This document shows, one piece after another, positions 61,846 through 64,000 of a stretch of 64,000 nucleotides of DNA. The translations under genes were made by a program, and so were the position numbers. The notes below the pieces were generated by a model. It did not search any database, had not been told where the DNA came from, and worked only from the letters and a program-made list of their open reading frames with translations. The DNA comes from Pelagomonas calceolata (Eukaryota), in the NCBI GenBank assembly GCA_918797485.1, contig CAKKNE010000002.1, positions 5,704,001 to 5,768,000 on the forward strand, given 5' to 3'. How positions within the stretch are numbered: position 1 is the first letter of the stretch; each line of letters begins with the position of its first letter.

Positions 61846-61869
61846 GCACTAAGTTTGAGATCCATAGTA

Positions 61870-63567
61870 TTATACAGGGGGGTGTTGCGCGTCCTCGGCG
61901 CCGTCTAACCGTAAAACGACGGCCGAGCACGTAAAGCCCGCGACGTGGGCCTCGCCCTCGGCGACCGTGCCACCGCCCCTTTCTCTAAAGGGCGGCGGGC
62001 CGATCTCGCCGTTGCAGAAGCAGCCGACTAAAGGCAGGTTCCTCCTACCAGCTCTCAACGCCAGCGAGTCGCGGTTCGGCTTCAAATTGTGGAACCGCGC
62101 GCCTCTTCCAGAGCACGTGAACACTAGGCCGCCGAGCACGCTGAGCGTCTCGTCGAGGCCCGACCGCAGCGGCAATGCTCTAGCACCGCGAGATTTGCTC
62201 TCCAGCCGTAACGCGACACGACTGGCTTCGGCGGCGGCCTCGAGTTCTGAGACCGACGCGTCTGGCTCCAATGTGAGCCAGGCGCACCACGCGCCCTCGT
62301 CGACGTCGCCGTCCAACGCTAAGGAACCATCGTCGTCCAGATGCTGCGGTGTGAGTAAATTGTAGCCGTCGGTCGGCGCCTCGTCCTCGCCATCATAAGG
62401 TCTCACCCCAAAATATAAAGGCCGTGGCATGCGCCCCTGCGCGACGAACTGCTGCACTTCTCTCAATGAGGCCCCTGGAGACACATGAGTCGCTTCCACA
62501 GCTTCAAAGGGCGCTTCCTTGTTGTACCTCGACGCCTTGACTACTAGCGAGTCAGCCTTGCCCATGGTGACGGCGTGGCCCGGGCAGATTCCCACGCGCC
62601 ACGTCGACACGTCCGCCGCTTTGTAGACGTGGGGGCCCACGATCGCGGCGCCTCTGCTGACAGCGCTTGATGCCCGCGTCTGGCCCGCTATACTTAGTAC
62701 AAGACAGCCCGCTCCACTATCATCGCTGAGGTCCGGCCTTATTATGTCTCCATCATCTACAAGCAAAGCGCCGCCCATCCCGACGTTTCTCGCTCCCAAC
62801 AACCCGCCGGAAACCGCACACGGCGGGAACCCGGCCTTCGTCCAGGCCTCCCGGTTATCTTGGACTTTCTGCAACGCCGCGTGGGCCGCTCTTTGATCTT
62901 CACTTAATACCAGCATCAATCGAGGCGCGTGCTCGGGGCCGTCCTCGGGCCCGGGTAATTTACCCACGACTTCCTGGGGCGGCGCGTGGGGGTCGCCGAA
63001 GGGCGGCACGTACAGCGAGGACAGTCTAGCGCCGCCGTCCAGCCGGATCAGACCGAGGGAGATGGCGCCGTGCTCGTCGCGGGGCTCGACCTCGTCCACC
63101 ACAGACTGTGTCGCACCTAACACACCGGGAGCCGCGCCCCCCAGCAACACCGTCGAGGCTGGTAAAACGCTCCGGAGGGCCTCCCTAAGATCAGCCAGGC
63201 GCCCTGCCCAGCCTCCAGAAGCAAAGAGCACGGCAATGTGCGGCGGCGCCGGCGGCTTGATCTCGTTGATGAGCTGTTTGACCGTCGTCTTGATATCTGG
63301 TATTTGTTCTTGCTTGGGCCGCGGTTCTTCTTCCTTGCCCATGCGCTCCCGCGCGCGCCGCAGTAAAAAGCCGCCGATGCGCCGCGCCGCGCTTTCTAAT
63401 CTAGCGGGCAGCGCCACGGGCGCGGCGCCTCTTTTCAAAGCAGTGAGAAAGTAGGGCCGCGCCGCGCGGCTCCGCGCGGCCGCGCCCAGGATCTTGGCCG
63501 TCGGCGCCGCCTTGCTGCCGTTGCCGACGTAGCTTAAGATGACCTCCCAGAGGAGCTCGTCGTCCAT
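61870..63567 (-). CDS. FIST-domain protein (FBXO22-like FIST_N/FIST_C)
   Basis: LLGGAAPGVLG; C-terminal GGLVFTCSGRGARFH...RD...PLVGCFCNGEIGP...GFTCS. Confidence 0.8.
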   Translation of the reverse strand: MDDELLWEVILSYVGNGSKAAPTAKILGAAARSRAARPYFLTALKRGAAPVALPARLESAARRIGGFLLRRARERMGKEEEPRPKQEQIPDIKTTVKQLINEIKPPAPPHIAVLFASGGWAGRLADLREALRSVLPASTVLLGGAAPGVLGATQSVVDEVEPRDEHGAISLGLIRLDGGARLSSLYVPPFGDPHAPPQEVVGKLPGPEDGPEHAPRLMLVLSEDQRAAHAALQKVQDNREAWTKAGFPPCAVSGGLLGARNVGMGGALLVDDGDIIRPDLSDDSGAGCLVLSIAGQTRASSAVSRGAAIVGPHVYKAADVSTWRVGICPGHAVTMGKADSLVVKASRYNKEAPFEAVEATHVSPGASLREVQQFVAQGRMPRPLYFGVRPYDGEDEAPTDGYNLLTPQHLDDDGSLALDGDVDEGAWCAWLTLEPDASVSELEAAAEASRVALRLESKSRGARALPLRSGLDETLSVLGGLVFTCSGRGARFHNLKPNRDSLALRAGRRNLPLVGCFCNGEIGPPPFRERGGGTVAEGEAHVAGFTCSAVVLRLDGAEDAQHPPV

Positions 63568-64000
63568 CTTTGTTGCGCGCCTGCTTGGGCTGGATGCTCT
63601 CTAATGCAGTATGGCTTCGTTTGTAACGCACAGGCCTCGGCGCAAGGCGAGATGTTGGCCACCGCTTGTCTGTGAGTCGAGTTGTTGGACGAACAAGGCT
63701 GACTGCCGTGCGTATCCCGCGGCGCGTCAAAAACAATGCCGCCTGCGGGCTGGGCTGCTTTTTTGCATAATTTGCTAAAAGTTGCTAAAATTTCTGCATC
63801 ACAAACGTCCTCGCGGGGTGACCACGGATAGCGAGCGACCCCTCGGAGGTCCCTCGTCTTTTAGCGCCTTTTGGCAGCGCGAGGCAGGGCCCGATAGCGC
63901 CGTCTCTGGCACTTGGCCCGGGCCCGCGGCCGCGGTGCCGGGCGTGCGAAGCTTGCGTCCCACTGGACGCCGTCGTCGCGAAGTCGCGAAGGGCTGCACC

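Noticed and set aside
1..64000. tRNA, rRNA or transposase genes
   Set aside because: None recognised by eye. The enzyme that would mobilise the introners is not encoded in this window.

Overview
GC-rich, gene-dense eukaryotic nuclear DNA with about 30 protein-coding genes. Bipartite plastid-targeting peptides (trigger factor, ChlM), flagellar genes (CFAP57, IQCA1/DRC11), short intergenic spacers and the intron style point to a photosynthetic stramenopile, most likely a pelagophyte such as Pelagomonas or Aureococcus (inference). Main signals: (1) the only introns I can find are four copies of one 'introner' family, i.e. non-autonomous DNA transposons that splice out as introns (7055-7131, 37690-37851, 40404-40606, 50645-50753). 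Each has ~15-bp terminal inverted repeats CTGTG..AAATCAA / TTGATTT..CACAG and an 8-bp target-site duplication (TSD). The TSD supplies the GT donor and the TIR supplies the AG acceptor, so splicing restores the host reading frame in either orientation. (2) A ~22-24-bp motif, GCTAGTGTCTTAC-N-CGCTAGC, recurs in at least 10 promoter-side intergenic regions. (3) An ~18.6-kb gene encodes a giant polycystin/REJ-GPS-type receptor with 14 x 78-bp mucin-like repeats, 10 LamG-like domains (7 near-identical 942-bp copies) and recurring RRL motifs. Smaller oddities: two 5'-truncated gene fragments joined head to head, a 187-bp duplication of a tail-to-tail gene junction whose coding differences are synonymous, and a Nup98 that stops exactly at its autocleavage site. 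All family assignments come from motif recognition by eye; no database searches were run.
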